From assembly GCA_024679065.1 (NCBI GenBank), contig JAGIQG010000019.1:36890001-36954000 (forward strand): DNA of 64,000 nucleotides, read 5' to 3'. This document shows, one piece after another, positions 25,005 through 39,019 of the stretch. Made by a program: the position numbers and the translations under genes. The notes below the pieces were generated by a model. It searched no databases and was not told the origin of the DNA. It saw only the letters and a program-made list of their open reading frames with translations. Source of the stretch: Sphyrna mokarran. Taxonomy: Eukaryota. The stretch's first letter is position 1. Every line of letters begins with the position of its first letter.

Positions 25005-25522
25005 TGAATGCTTAAGAACATTAACATACAGAGGGATCTGAGCATGCAGGTCCACAATTCCCTAGAAGTGGCAACACGGATGGTCAAGGTGATTAAGAAA
25101 GCAAATGTTATGCTTGCCTTCATCAACCAGGCACCGAGTACAAGAGTTGGAAAATCATCTTGCAGTTATATAAAACCTTGGTTAAGCCGCATCTGGACTA
25201 CTGCGTGCAGTTCTGATAGCCACACTACCAGCAGGACGTAGAAGTTTTGGAGAGAGTGCAAAGAAGGTTCTCCAGGATGTTGCCTGGTCTTGAGGATGTT
25301 GGCTATGAGGAGAGATTGAATAAACCAGGGATGTTTTCACTGGAAAGATGAAGGTTGAGGGGAGACCTGAAAGAGGTCTATAAAATTATGAGAGGTACAG
25401 ACAGGATGGATAGTCAGAGGCTTTTTCCCAGGGTGGAAGTGTCAATTACAACAGGGCACAGGTTCAAGGTGAGAGGAGGAAAGTTTAAGTAAGAAGTGCT
25501 GGAGAAGATTTTCACTCAGAGA
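25005..25522 (+). mobile_element. CR1 LINE 3' RT fragment
   Basis: QRDLSMQVHNSLEVA..KKANVMLAFI. Confidence 0.85.
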
Positions 25523-26616
25523 TTGTTAAGATTATTTTTATTTTTAAAAGGCCACAGTTATCTGGCTAACATCCTGTAGGGGTAACCCCTTCAGGATATA
25601 GATAGTGGCCACAGACATGGTCCAGCAGCTCTTAAGAGTCGGGCCCGATGGTTAACATAATTGGCCTGAGGGGTGGCTGACCAATCCGACCAAAAATTAC
25701 CCTGATAGAAAATGGTCCAGGTCAGAATGGTGGCAGGAACCAGCATGGAAACCAGCACTGTGAAACTTGTCTGCCCCGAATATTGACCCTAACCAATTTG
25801 AAAACGTGACCCATGATTACAATGTGACCAAGATTGGGAACTAAATATTCCAGGTACTTATCATTTTGAAAAGATGGGAACAACAGAAAGAAGGTGAGAG
25901 GAGTGGGAGAAATGGTGAGACTAATGGCTTTCTTCTTGATATTGGTGGGAAGTGGAAGGGTGGTCCGCTAGCAATCTGCCCGAGATCAGTGGGAAGGAAG
26001 GGAGGTCTGCTGCCATTCTGCCTGTGATCCTGTTACTAAAGAATAGCATAAGGACATTGCTGGGAAGGGATGGAGATTCTAATGATCATCAAGCAAAATT
26101 GATATGGGTATAGGCAAGTAGTTTACAGACCCACTAACACTGCCTTTTCAGTTCGATGAAGCATGAATCTGTAAATAGTACATGTTTATAAGCAAAATAA
26201 TACAATAACCATGGGGACTTTATCTTTAAGATTGAGATTGAAAGAACTGAAATTAAAGAGATAATCTGGAGCATGAGATCAGTAGGGGGAAAGTGTGTCA
26301 GGGGCTGTGATATAATTACTAAAATGATATATTGAGGAACCAAGAGATAGCACTAATTTAGATCCTGTATTTTATAATGAAATAGAACCAATTAGTAATC
26401 TCTTAATAAATTATCCTATGGGCAGTGTAATTATAATATCATAGAATTTCACATTCAATCTGAAAGTGAGAAAATTAAATCCAAAACACGGGAGTTAAAC
26501 TTCAAAGAAGTCAACCATGTATGTATGTAATTATAGTTAGTAATCGATATTTGTTTAGCAAGTTGGCTAAAATTGATTGGAAAAATAGACTAAAAATTTT
26601 GAAAATAGATATGCCG

Positions 26617-27517
26617 GGCCCTATTTTACCATATTGATTCTAAATGCTGGTCAGACTTGAAACGGGAGTGTTTCAGATCTGACTTTTAGATCTGTTTTCA
26701 GGTGCTCCCATACCTACTCTGCCTGCAAAAAAATTCTGAAGCGTGCTGCAGAAACCTGAGGGCAGAGCTTAACATGCCCAAAATCCTGCAGCTCTGATCA
26801 GTATCTCTAAGTGCACACGCATAGAAAAAAAAATGATAGAATATAGCTCCCCTATAACAACCCTCCTGGGCCAGACAATGTCTTCCCACCCCCCCCGGCT
26901 CTCACAGACAATGCCCCATCCCCAAAACATTACTGACCCCCTTATCCCTACAGGCCTTCCACCACCCAAACCAATTGCGGGCCCTTGCCTCCCCTTCCCC
27001 CCCTCCAATGATCTCAGGCAGAGTGGCAGTGGGCCCCCCCTTCCCTGTCACTGACTCAGGCAGCGTAGCAATGGACCTTCCCTTTCTCCTCACTGATCTC
27101 AAGCGGACTGGTAGCAGACCCCCCACTCCCTCACTGATCTCAGGAAGAGAAGCAGCGAACCCTCTTTCCTATTCACTGATCTCAGGCAGAATGGCAGCAG
27201 ACCCCCCTTCCACCCGCCACCGATCTCAAGAAAGGAGCCAATTGACACTGCCACCGCGCACTCCCCCCCCCCGGCACACGATCTCAGGCAGAGAGTTGTC
27301 AGATGCTCGGCACTTATCTCCTTATTAACTTGAACACCCAAATCGAACTTTTGTAAAGCATGTCGCCGAAATGCATGCAATTTTTTTTTAAGCATTTAAA
27401 TGGCCATCACACCCAGTTTCGGGTCTTAGAAAAGGGGGAACTGGCACAAAGGTGGGTCAGATCACGATACTCACTTCATGTCTGACTCCCCCAAGTTTAC
27501 ACACCTAAAATCGGGCC
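26617..27517. mobile_element. Non-autonomous TIR element (Harbinger-like) with an internal ~42-bp tandem repeat
   Basis: TIR ggccctatttta (26617) / taaaatcgggcc (27506-27517), 11/12 match; about 7 copies of actgatctcaggcagagtggcagc.. at 27007-27300. Confidence 0.65.
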
Positions 27518-28346
27518 TGTTCTCTCCAACGTTTGAAGAAATTATCTAAAATTCAGAGGAAAAGTAATCCACCTCTGGTTTACTGAAAGAAGTTAAGGGT
27601 TGTTTGAAATAGTAAAGTAGTAAACTAGATTTAGAAACCAGCAAAGGACAAACAAATTATGGAAAAAGTAGAAGATGAGAATTAACTAGTACATAATATA
27701 AAAATAGATTGTAAGAACTTCTACAAGTATATAAAAAAAGGAAATAGTGAAATTAAAAGCCACGATTTCTATCCCTTAGCCAGGACAATGGAAACCGAGA
27801 TGGGATATAATGAAATGTTAAACAAATAGTTTGCAACCAACTTGAGGTCAGGTGAATTAGTCATGATAAATAGTGCTGTTATGGGAATAGGGTGGGAAAG
27901 GGGACCTGGGTAAGATACTCTATCAGAGATCAGAGCAGACCTGATGGGCTAAATGGTCTCTTTCTGCACTGTGGGGATTCTATGATTCATCGTAGCGTCC
28001 ACTAAATAAAAATCAAAAACAATGTTAATATCTGTGGAGGAAAAATACTTGAGAAACTAATGACACTAAAAGCCACTAAACCTCTTGAACTGATGAATAA
28101 TATTCAAAGAGATGACTGCAAAGACAATTACTGCTATTTTACAACCTCGCTCAGATGAAGTTCATAAAATCCTGCTTGAGGCCAAGGGAGAATTCTGTTC
28201 TAAATTTACCTGTTAAAATCCCTGTCAATAAGCAGAATTTTCTAATTTTGAGGCTGTAACAGTAGTGGGCCTTTAATAAATGTGTTTGTGTCATGTTTCT
28301 TGTTCAGGATCTGTTGAATCAGTTTGTTTTATTCTCAATATCATTT

Positions 28347-29067
28347 TGTAACCGGCAGCATCTGTTGTTACTGCAGTAGCAAAATTGATCTTAATTGCTA
28401 CAATGTTTGTTTTCATCTGGCCTAATACTGTTGATTTTTTTTTGTTCCCCTGGGATTTTGTAGGCCAGAGGTTGTTTAGATTGATTCATGGGTGAGGTCA
28501 TATGACTGGGAATTAGGCTTACACAGAGAACTTGAGTTCAGTCTGGTTTTGGGATCTTTAGAGAGAGGTTGCTTTCTCTATCTCTTTTTTTTCTCTGGAT
28601 TTGGAGACAAGAATCTGCCAGGAAATAGTCTCTTTCTCTGAGATTCTGCTATTTCAAGTGGATCTTTCTCTGGAAGTTACTGTATGAGAATTAGAAGACA
28701 GGTATCTGTCTGGGCTCTGTCCAGAGGTGGTAGAAGGCTGAAAATCTAGTGCAGACTGGTTCTGAAGAAGGGATTTATGTCTATGGGCTACTGCTTAAAT
28801 TGGAACAATAAAGAGAAATAGCGATTAAGAACTACACTTTGTCATGTTTAAGTATTTTAATTGGTAAAAGCTATGCTAATCCTTTTTGTTATATTCTAAA
28901 TGCATTCTTAAATAAAGTTTGTTTTGTTAAAAGGCTTCGTAGTGGTCATTTGAATCACATCTGTTGTGAAATACTTTGTGCTCAACCTAATGCCAAAATC
29001 AAAAAGAAAAGTTAGGGTCCAGGCTAATTTCATAATATTCATTGGAGTTTCTGATCCAATCCTAACA
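28347..29067 (+). mobile_element. Possible solo LTR
   Basis: Starts tgtaac, ends cctaaca, internal aataaag polyA-like signal; no TSD found. Confidence 0.35.
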
Positions 29068-29184
29068 GAGACCAAATGTAGTGGTGGATGGATACTGCAT
29101 GGTAGGAAATCGTGCTCAATTTTGCACTCATTTGCTCATTAATTATGGATAGATGAGCTTCTCGGGTCAGGAATTGATTTGCCT

Positions 29185-29465
29185 GCCCTGACGTCACAGT
29201 GGTTAGCACTGTTGCCTCATACCATCAGGGATCCGGATTCAATTCCCGGGTTAGATCACTGTCTGTGCAGACTCTGCACATTCTCCCCTGTATGGGTTTC
29301 CTCCCATAGTCCAAAAGATGTGCTGGTTAGGTGCGTTGGCCATGCAAAATTCTCCCTTAGTATACCTGAATAGGCGCCAGACTGTGGCAACGAGCAGATT
29401 TTCACAGTGACTTCATTGCCGTGTTAATATAAGCCTACTTGTGGCACGAATAAATAAACTTTAAA
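29185..29465 (+). mobile_element. HE1-like SINE
   Basis: cagtggttagcactgttgcctca head, ggattcaattcc B-box-like, aataaataaact tail. Confidence 0.8.
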
Positions 29466-29939
29466 CTAATGGGCATTAAGGCCCAGCACCATACCTAAAT
29501 GCCAACTTTACTGTCTTCAGTTCAGTTCTCAGAAGATGTGCAGAGATAGTAGTGGCAAAGAAGAAAGCTGCTCGCGGTTCTGCAATGACCCCTAGAAATT
29601 CAGATAGGTGATGCACATCAATTTAAGGACACCTCTACCTAAGGATGGTTCTAGGATGCCCCTAGCGTCACTGTGCTCGCATAGGAGGCCATTATGAGTA
29701 CATGGAGCAACCTAGTGCAATCTAGTGCAAGAAGAGATGCATGATCCCATCTGCTCCTCTAGGGTAGATCAACCTTCTCTTCACTCCAATATCATACTAT
29801 CATAATGGCATCATGCATTCAAAGGGTCACACTGTTTAGCAATCTTATACAATATTAGCAGGGGATACATCACCACTGATTGTGTCACGTGAACTTTAGC
29901 ATCACCAGCATCTTGTCTATCATCCTGCATAAATATCAA

Positions 29940-30365
29940 GACGCACAAAATGACAAAGGTTGTGAACGAAGCTCGAGCCATCACGCAAACAAGCCTCCCA
30001 TCCATTGATTCTGTTTACACTTACCGCTGCCTTCAAAAAGCAGCCAGCATAATTGCAGACCCCTCCCACCCTGGACATATTCTCTTCCAAGTTCTTCTGT
30101 CAGAAAAGATACAAAAGTTTGAGATCACATACCAACCAACTCAACTGACTTCTTCCATACTGCCATAAGACTTTTGAATGGATCTATCATTTATTAAACT
30201 GATCCTTCTCTATATCTTATCTATGACTGCAACACTATATTCTGCATCCTCTCCTTTCCTTCTCCCCGATGAACTCAATGAACGGTATGTTTTGTCTGTA
30301 TAGGGCACAAGAAACAATATTTTTCACTGTATCTCAATAATGTGACAATAATACTCAAAATCAAA
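29940..30365 (+). mobile_element. Rex1/Babar LINE 3' fragment
   Basis: KVVNEARAITQTSLPSIDSVYTYRCLQKAASIIADPSHPGH. Confidence 0.8.
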
Positions 30366-30561
30366 TCCTCAGCAGTTACTGTGGAGGACTCGGCACATAA
30401 AGGAGGCATGAATACTTCCCAATCTTTCCTTCATTTCTTCTCAACATATTCCATATACTGTTGTCATCCAGCTCAAGTTTGCACACAAGAGGGAGAGGTC
30501 CCTAACTGGAAGAGAGAGGGCCAACTAAATTTATTGATGATGTGCTGAGTTAGCAAAAGAG

Positions 30562-31022
30562 CTCAGTAAGAATTTAGCAACACCAATTTTAAATCCAACC
30601 GATTTATTTGATAGTAAATTTGCGAGCTTTCAACACTCTGTGTCTTTGTCAGGCAAATGCAGTGTTCTGGTCTGCAATAGCACACATCAGCACAGACAGT
30701 CACAGATTGCTGATGTGAATGCGAATCCTTACATCTAACCTGCTATTCAAGTATTAGAGTGCCTATTTAGTTTAAAGTATAGCCACTTTAACACTTGAAT
30801 AGCAGGTTAGATGTAAGGATTCGCATTCTAATCAGCAATCTGTGACTGTCTGTGCTGATGTGTGCTATTGCAGACCAGAACACTGCATTTGCCTGACAAA
30901 GACACAGAGTGTTGAAAGCTCGCAAATTTACTATCAAATAAATCGGTTGGATTTAAAATTGGTGTTGCTAAATTCTTACTGAGTTCTTACTACCCCAGTC
31001 CAACGCCGACATCTCTACATCA
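30562..31022. mobile_element. Penelope-like foldback element (~200-bp inverted arms, 30562-30983)
   Basis: Near-perfect palindrome plus ccccagtccaacgcc..catctctacatc tail; imperfect TSD ttagca(a/g)aagag at 30550-30561 and 31023-31034. Confidence 0.85.
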
Positions 31023-32719
31023 TTAGCAGAAGAGGACAGGAACCACTCCTGTGAAAAAAGCAAAATTGGTCTCTCCCAGTGAGTCCCCCATGAGTTCTTC
31101 ACATACAGACATTCACAACAAGTGACATGCAATTTTGTATTCAATCTGTTCATGAATTAAATATATATTTTCTCTTACAGGCATTAACATGCCTGATGCA
31201 TCTCCAGAAACAACTGTCACACATGCAAGAAATGCAACAATAGGAAACAGAAACTCGGGCAAAGGTGCAAGAGGCAGTGAGCAAACTGGAGTGAATGTTG
31301 GAGGATGTTGTGACTCCAGCATACAAGCACCTCAAGGTCACCATGGGAAGAATGGTGACTGTCTTAGAGACTTTGATCCAGCAGATCTTACTGGATTTGT
31401 GGACAGACCTGCACTCCATCAGTTTGGCATTGGTGGAATCCATCAGTGGTTAGGTGAAAGGGGATGTGGCACCTTGACCTCCTTCCATGTGCTCCTTCTC
31501 CTCAGTGTGTCACGAAGGGGCCTGCTGGCACTCACAGTGAGGAGAACGAGCAAATGCCCACCCTAGAGCCATCCATCCAGGTGACTGCAACAGTGTCCAG
31601 CAAAATCCCAATTCCCTCTGCTATGGCCCCATCACTTCCAAACAAACAGGCCAATGCAGGTGCACCTGTCCCACAGCAGGACACCCATAGATGCTAGGGG
31701 CCTCCAGCTCCCAACCTCTAGAGAATGGTGCCAAAGGCATCAAAGACAACAGAGTGTACCAGTCAGCAGGTTGCCTCCTCTGCTGTAGGGTATCAGGAAT
31801 GCAGAAGACATAGCAGTAGGGTTAGGAAAATAGAGAAGCTTTGATTTCACTTCTGGATCATGGGTGTTTAATCATTGTAAATATCTTTGTTAATACATTT
31901 GTTGTTCATGAAATTGGTGTATTTATTTGAAAGCATCGTGTATATGCATCTACATACCTTTTTATTGTGAGGATGATCTATGCATCCACTCAGTGTTTAC
32001 CTCCTTTTATGAGCCTCACATTTATGTGATGTGTAGCTAACTTGTGTTATTTATTTTACCCTCAAGTCATGTCAGGAAAACTTTTTGCAAAGACTCTGCA
32101 AAATACGTTGACAACTTACAAAGCAGAATGGAATTAGATAGCCTCCTGAAGTTTGGAGGTATAGCTATAATTATCTCTCCAATGAAGAAGGCTGCCCTCA
32201 TTGTTAATGCCAAAGTGCAAGACCTACAGTCATGAAACTGTCCAACCATGAATGCATCATTGTCCACACAAACCTTCCAAGAATGATTGCCACCACTGCA
32301 GCAAAGCTTTTAATGCAGTGACTATCACATTCCAGAATGCACCAATGGATTATTCCCTGTTGACCTTTCCAATGAATGGGGTTGTGAGATTTGAAGGTTC
32401 AAGGCTGAATGCTGAGATTGCTCTCACTGTCACTATTATAAACACTTTTCAATCCATTGGTATGGCACAAAGGGATGGAAGGTATGTCTCATTACCTCCT
32501 CCTAGAATCTTGTGGCAGTGTGTCGCAGGCACAATTTCCATGTCCTGTTTCAACAAGTCCAAAGATGTGAAGGTTAGATGAATTGGCTATGCTAAATTGT
32601 CCCTTAATGTCAGGGGATTAGCTATGGTAATGCACAGGGCCTGGGTAGGATTGTAATCACTGCAGACTCAATGGGCCAAATGGTCTCCTTTTGAACTATA
32701 GGATTCTATAATTCTTTGA

Positions 32720-33300
32720 AGGGCATTGAGCTGACCCTCATCTCCCTCTTCAGATTCCTGCTCTTCGTTGCCCAAGGAGTTCTCCACTAACTTCCCCTCT
32801 GACAAGGGAGTTGTGAAGCACACATCAAAACATGATGATGTGAGTCAACTGCTCTGGAGTACCAAAGAGTCCAATGTGAACAGTCCAAGCATTAGAAGCA
32901 CATCTTCAGGATGCCAATGGTTTGCCCAATGATGTTTTGTGTTGCCTTATGCACCTCAGAGGATGAGGCATTTGTGTCAGGAGCTTTTTTTGATCAGGTA
33001 CCCCTTTTCCTAAGCAGCCAACTCTGTATTTACAGAGGCCCTTTGACTATGTGAGGTATCTGGGAATGACTCAGGATGCACGAGTCATGGTAGTTCCCAG
33101 AGTACCTGACATAAACTTACATGATATGCTTCTGATGATCACAAAGCAGACTGATGGAGTGCTACCTGCAAGTACCTGCAAATTCCTGGAATCCAAAGTG
33201 GCTAGCTTCAGAGTGTGAAGTTCACATAATGATGAGTGTAATGGTAGAGAGTGCCTTTCACCTCTTTGATGAATATACATGCTGAGGACTGTCAGACACT
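32720..33300 (-). mobile_element. Harbinger transposase remnant
   Basis: Minus-strand PEQLTHIIMF*CVLHN, matching the HARBI1/DDE_Tnp_4 C-terminus. Confidence 0.55.
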
Positions 33301-36039
33301 ACATATATCTTCCATACATCCCTGGAACAATCTGCATGCAAACAAATTGAGTCTGACAGTGATCTTCAGGGCCAATGGCAGAGGATATCCTTCAAGTCCA
33401 CAGGGAATTAGATCCTCCTATATATTGTAATAGCTTGGCACTTCTGACATCATCAAGAGATATCAAGCTTTGTTAGGCACAAGGGGTATTTATTGGTACA
33501 AGAGGGAACTAGGTACAAGAGTTTTCAGTTCTAGGCTGCCCTGGAGTTAAATGTTAACTACATGACTACTAAAGGATACTGCCTGAGAGAGGACTCCAAC
33601 CTCTGGGGTAATCACTCGGTCTCAATTCCCCTTGATCCCTCAACTCAGGTGACTCACTTCCTCTGTGCTGTCTTAAAGAGATGGACACCACATACACAAT
33701 AAATAGGATCCACCAGTTCTCTTGACAAATGCAGACATACATAGCATTTTTTGTTGCTCACTCCAGATCGGAGAGTCTTCTACGGTAGATCCTTAGTCAT
33801 GCAAGTCACCTTCTTGGGATGGTCTAACCTCCTCATCCTCTGATTGTTGCTAGCCTTCCCTGGACCATGGATTTCAGCCCAAACTCTTCTGCAGACCAAT
33901 CATAACCAATACTAAGGCAGTATTGAATGCAGGCTTTTTTATTTAATCTTCTTCTCCCTGAGGAACGATAGATGTAAGGCATTAATGAACATTGGACAGA
34001 CATAATAGATCTCCCACTCACATATAGAAAGACAATGTACTGCCCCAGAGCTGGGTCTGTGTTAATACAGCTGAGATGCACATTTATATACCTAGGTGCC
34101 CACAAGGCCAACCCTGACACTTTATATTTCAATCCCATAGAATCTGAGAGAGCTTTGGACAAATTGTGAAATATGTGACCTTACCAAAGGAACTCCTGCA
34201 ATCAACTGTCATGTATACTGTTCAACCTTAGCTTACCCTTCAACAATGACTCAATTTCCTTTGACTCATTATCCATGTCAGTTGGATGAAGCTTAGAGGT
34301 TTTCATTGAAGAGGTGGCACATGTCCAGCAGCTGTGTTTCTTAGACACTTTCCACACTAACATTCTCACATTCCAATCAGACCAGCATTCTAACTTTTTC
34401 AGGGTCTTCAGGGAAGCAGGTGATCCTCACGCCAAGTCCTGGACTCCAAGCCTGAGAACAGGATAGATAAGGAAACCACAGATACTGACATTGTTACATT
34501 GTCACAGCATTCACCCATGCCTGCCAGTAATGTAGAGATACACACTTTGGTGGGACTTTGTTCCACAGGGTCACAATCTAGTCAGAACATCATACAGTCT
34601 GATCCACACCAGGGTGCTGGCATTCAGAGGATTGCTGGAGGCCAGGAATCTGCTGAATCAGATGTCTAGCCTCTAGACTTGACCATGCCTTAGTTGTTGG
34701 ACCCGTAAAGACAAACTCGGAAACATCAGGAAGGGATGTCTACTGCACCCATCAGATTGCAAGGCTGATCAAGGAGTCCATTTACCTTCAGAATGAGGTG
34801 ATTGCACCAACAGGCCAATGCATTAAGATAAATATTGATAGGTGGTGGCCACTATGGAGACTTTGCTCCAGGACATCTATCCTGCACTGCTGCGGAAGCT
34901 GCACTTCGTAGTTGTCAATGCCAGAGGTGAGGCTGGGCATCTCAAGCTCACTCCAGCTGCCCTATCTTCTCAAGGAGGCAACCAAAGGCTCTCAGGTATC
35001 CTTAGAAGGAGGGGGATCAGCAGATGTACACCCTTGAACCAGATGACTCTGGGAGAGAACAGTTCATCCAAATGCATTCTTCCTGCAATCCCTTCAGTTC
35101 CAACTCCACAGGCTGAGGATTGTGCCACTCAACCGGACTCAAAAGCAAACCAGGCTCTCCAGAGCTTGGCTCTTCACAGGAAGCCCGCCAAAGTCATCAC
35201 AGACACAGATAGTATTCAGTAGGCTGCCTCCACTGTCACTGTGGATGTTAAGGATACACAAGATATAGTAGCAGAACTAGAAGAGTCACAAGGTTATAGT
35301 TGCACAGTGTGAGCACAGATGTAAATCACTTGTACATAATGTTAAATATTGTAAATAAACTCCCAGCAATGTTACCCTGTCGATGGCTTCTTGTTATGAT
35401 AAACAGTATTCATGTACGTCCAAAGTGAAAGCTTAGTTCTTGCACAGATAAAGGCAAGTGTCTCTGTCCAGGGCTTCCTCCTGTTCTGTCTGCAGTTTCC
35501 CAGCACAATGATGGTGCACTTTCATAATTACTGGATACATCAGTCACATGTACATCTTGACAAGACTTATCATTGCTGCCAGAATGTTCTCAGCTGGTGT
35601 CATAGTGTTCTTTCATTTTCATTGCGTGCTCTTAGAATCTTAGAGGTGTGGTTGGGCCCCATCTCATCAGCTTCTACCTCTAATGACATGTGGTCCTGAA
35701 GAGATCAGCTTACAAAGAATGTTATAGGATTAAGAGAAGTTAAAGTTTCCCTACTGCATCTCCATGATATGACTCTGCTCGTTAAGAGCAAGCAAGCTGC
35801 TATCAGCCATGCAGGAGCCCGATAGTCACATAATCTCTGAGAGGATTTATGGACTGTCCCCACTGCAAGTCAAAGGAATGTGAGCACTATGGGCATCTGC
35901 TGAGTCTCCAAATCAGAAGCTTTCTAACAGAGGGTGTGTGTGCTGCCAGATGTGAGTGTAATGCTTACAGATGCAATGTGGGGATAGATGGATTGTCTTC
36001 ATTGCATGTTATCATTCATCCTCCATGAATCTAGTGACT

Positions 36040-36760
36040 ATGAGGACATGCCAAGTCTACTTGCCTCATCTGGACATCCCTATAGCCTCGTAGCCATCAT
36101 ATACGCCTTTGAGGGCCTTCTCATTCTCATCCCCATCTATGTCCTCTTCATCAGAGAGGATGTGCAGCTCCTTCATCACCTCCTCAGGCAGTATCTCCCC
36201 TTTCTTGTGCAGGATGCAACAAGTGAAAATGATGCATGACACGCTTTGGGGACTATATTGCAGGGCTCCACAGACCAGTCCAGGCTCCAGAATTTCATTT
36301 TCAGCATCCCAATGCTTTGCTCCACCAAAGTGTGAGTTGCAGCATTGTACCTTTCCTCTGCGGGAATCTGAGGCTTCCATCAGCCACATCCTCAATGGAC
36401 ATTGCTTGAACCCAAAGAGCCAACCAGTCAGCCTCTGGGGACCCTGAAAAATGTCAGGGATCTGAGACAAATGTAGGAATGCATGGACACTCCTTGGGAA
36501 TCATCCACTGACCTAGAAGATGCATTTGCTACATTCATAAACCATTTGAACATTCAGCGAGTGGAAACCTTTGTGATTGATATAATTAACTACTTGTTGA
36601 CATGGAGATCTTGAGTGCCACATGAATGCTGTTAGTTCATAGCATTCTGTATCTGTGGAAATCCAAAGATCTGTGCAAATCCCAGCACTTTTGCTTCCTA
36701 GCTTACCTGATCCTGGTGGAAATGCACAAAGTTGTGGACCTTCACGAAGATTGCTACAGG
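36040..36760 (-). mobile_element. Harbinger (HARBI1-like DDE) transposase remnant
   Basis: ORF 36066-36470: GWLFG..PLRMWLM..GALQYSPQSVSCIIFTCCILH plus acidic tail; NHKGFHSLNVQMV-like motif upstream. Confidence 0.8.
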
Positions 36761-39019
36761 TATAGAGCAGGGAAATGGACTGACTGCATTACTTTACAGA
36801 GCTGACATGGATTCAAAGCACCAAATGGCCTCTATCTGTGCTGTAATGACTCAATAGGTGGAATTTACTCAGGACAACAAGGCTCAAAACTGCCCCAAAA
36901 CTAATCAATCCCAAGATAAAACATACCCCAAGACAAGATGCCTCATGAAGAATACATGGCAAAACAGTGCACACTCTCATTTGCAAGATACTAGAGAGAG
37001 AGCCACGTAACTTACATTCCAAAATTTTCAAAGTAGCTCCTGCCATTGTGTATTCAGCAAAGGGGAAATATTGGATATTGATACAGGTGTAGAAAAAGCA
37101 GATCAGCCGAAGATTTTCACACCTTGCTTAGGTGCATACTAAAGTGTACTTTCCCATTTCCAGTTATATAGTGATACCATTGATAGAAAACAATGTCTTT
37201 TCCCCCAAAACATATGCTCTGTCTGCATCTTTAGAGGAGTCTGACAGAGATTCTTTGACCCCAAATTAAACAAAATACAGAAACAAACTACCCGAAGTGA
37301 ATAGTTCTAAGGCAGCATACGGGGGGGGAAGGGGAGATTTTCTCACAAGCGCATTGGATTATGTCCCGCAACAGTTGCACCAAACCACCCACCCACTTCC
37401 CCGCAGTGGTGCTACTCACATTAGCCACGACAAGAGTAAAAGATACCACAGAGTACATATGACCATTATGAAAAGAAAAACAGATGAATATAGCACAGCC
37501 CTAGTATCATACAATCTATCCAATGCACTGTCTGACAGGTTGTTAAACTATTTGCATTCAATTTTTTCACAGACCAGAAGAAATGCAGGTAGTTCCCCCT
37601 GTGCTACCTTGCATTCTGGCATAATGAGGATATAGTACGATCAAATCTGTGTCTTAAGCTTAGAATAAGGAGCATGCTGAGGGATGCATTCCATTATAAA
37701 TAAATGGATTTCCCTAGTTTTCAATGGATGTCAGACAAAATTTGCCTCAATGCTCTTAAAATAGATTACCCTCATCAACATGATAAGTAACATTACAAAA
37801 TCAAAAAAGGAGTGTAATGATAAGGGATAAAGTCCAGGATTAGTAATGAACTAAACCAATGTTGAATTTTTTCAGTTCTTCTTTAAACGTACAAATGTTT
37901 TGAAAAGATCAAATTGATTCCTGCCAATCTTCTTCATGACTTCAGACTTATCTTTATATTTTGAGAAAAAAAACTTTTTCATTGCTGTACAAGTACATTT
38001 AACTCACTTGAGGTCAAACCTGAAAACTTTGCTTTTACAAAGACTTGATGGCATTTCTAATATATAGCACACATTCAGTTGGGTAAGAGAAAAGGATGGG
38101 GTTGGGGTCAGAATGCTGGTTTTGGAGAAGTCAGAGTAGACCATCATGAATGACTGATAATTTCCATTATCAACAGTGTGGACTTTTAATCTTGCACTAC
38201 CTTTTGCATGGTTCTGTCATTACCTCATGTTCCCAATACAGTTGACTGCACAGAAGGCTTGATGCCAACTATCATTTTCCTTTTGCAACTTATCTATCTG
38301 TTCCCTAAAATCCTTGTACTTTTTGTAAAGTATGTGTACTGTAGGCCAACTCTTTCTGAACTTTCTTCAACCTAATTTTGTCTTTCTGAAATTCTTTATG
38401 AAAAATATGCTAGTAATCTCTTTCTCACCTTCCAGAATAATTCTCCTTCCAGATGCACTGTTTGATTCTCTATTTGTGATGACTGCTGGTTGCAATTAAT
38501 AAATACTCTACATGGGTTGACAGTTTACTCAATGTGCTTATCTCAATAGCTTATGATGACAGCATTTTGCTCTCAGCTGAAGTATTCAGAAACTCTTCCC
38601 CTGGTCTTCCTCTATCTTCTTTGGCCCACCTTCCATCTAAAGAAGTTGGCTGCACTCCAAGCAGCTGACAGTTTCGCCATGTCAATTGCTTGTTTGAAAA
38701 CTTCAAACCCATTAATGCAGAAAAGAAACCTAAGATGTCAGGAAAACCAACTCCCCATCCACCGCCACACCCTCCCCTAATCCATTACTTAGTTAAAGGT
38801 CATTCTTTTAGTGTACTGCATGCTGAGGATCTGTTGCTAACTCTTCCCAGATACTTGTCTGAATAAAAGGATAGACAAGGCACTAAAAGGCTCACTGCTA
38901 TCAGTTCTGGAATGCGTATACCTTTGTTTTGTCTTAGTGTTGGCTGCTAGGAATATTTTTTTCTGAAGAGAGACAGAAACAGAAAGCATATAACCTATAC
39001 AGTACAATTCCTGCTAATT

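Noticed and set aside
27007-27300. CRISPR-like repeat/spacer array
   Set aside because: Eukaryotic context, degenerate units, low-complexity 'spacers', no cas genes
28308-28350. Acceptor-like site followed by a short hydrophobic frame (SVESVCFILNIIL*)
   Set aside because: Stops after about 14 codons; no partner exons found
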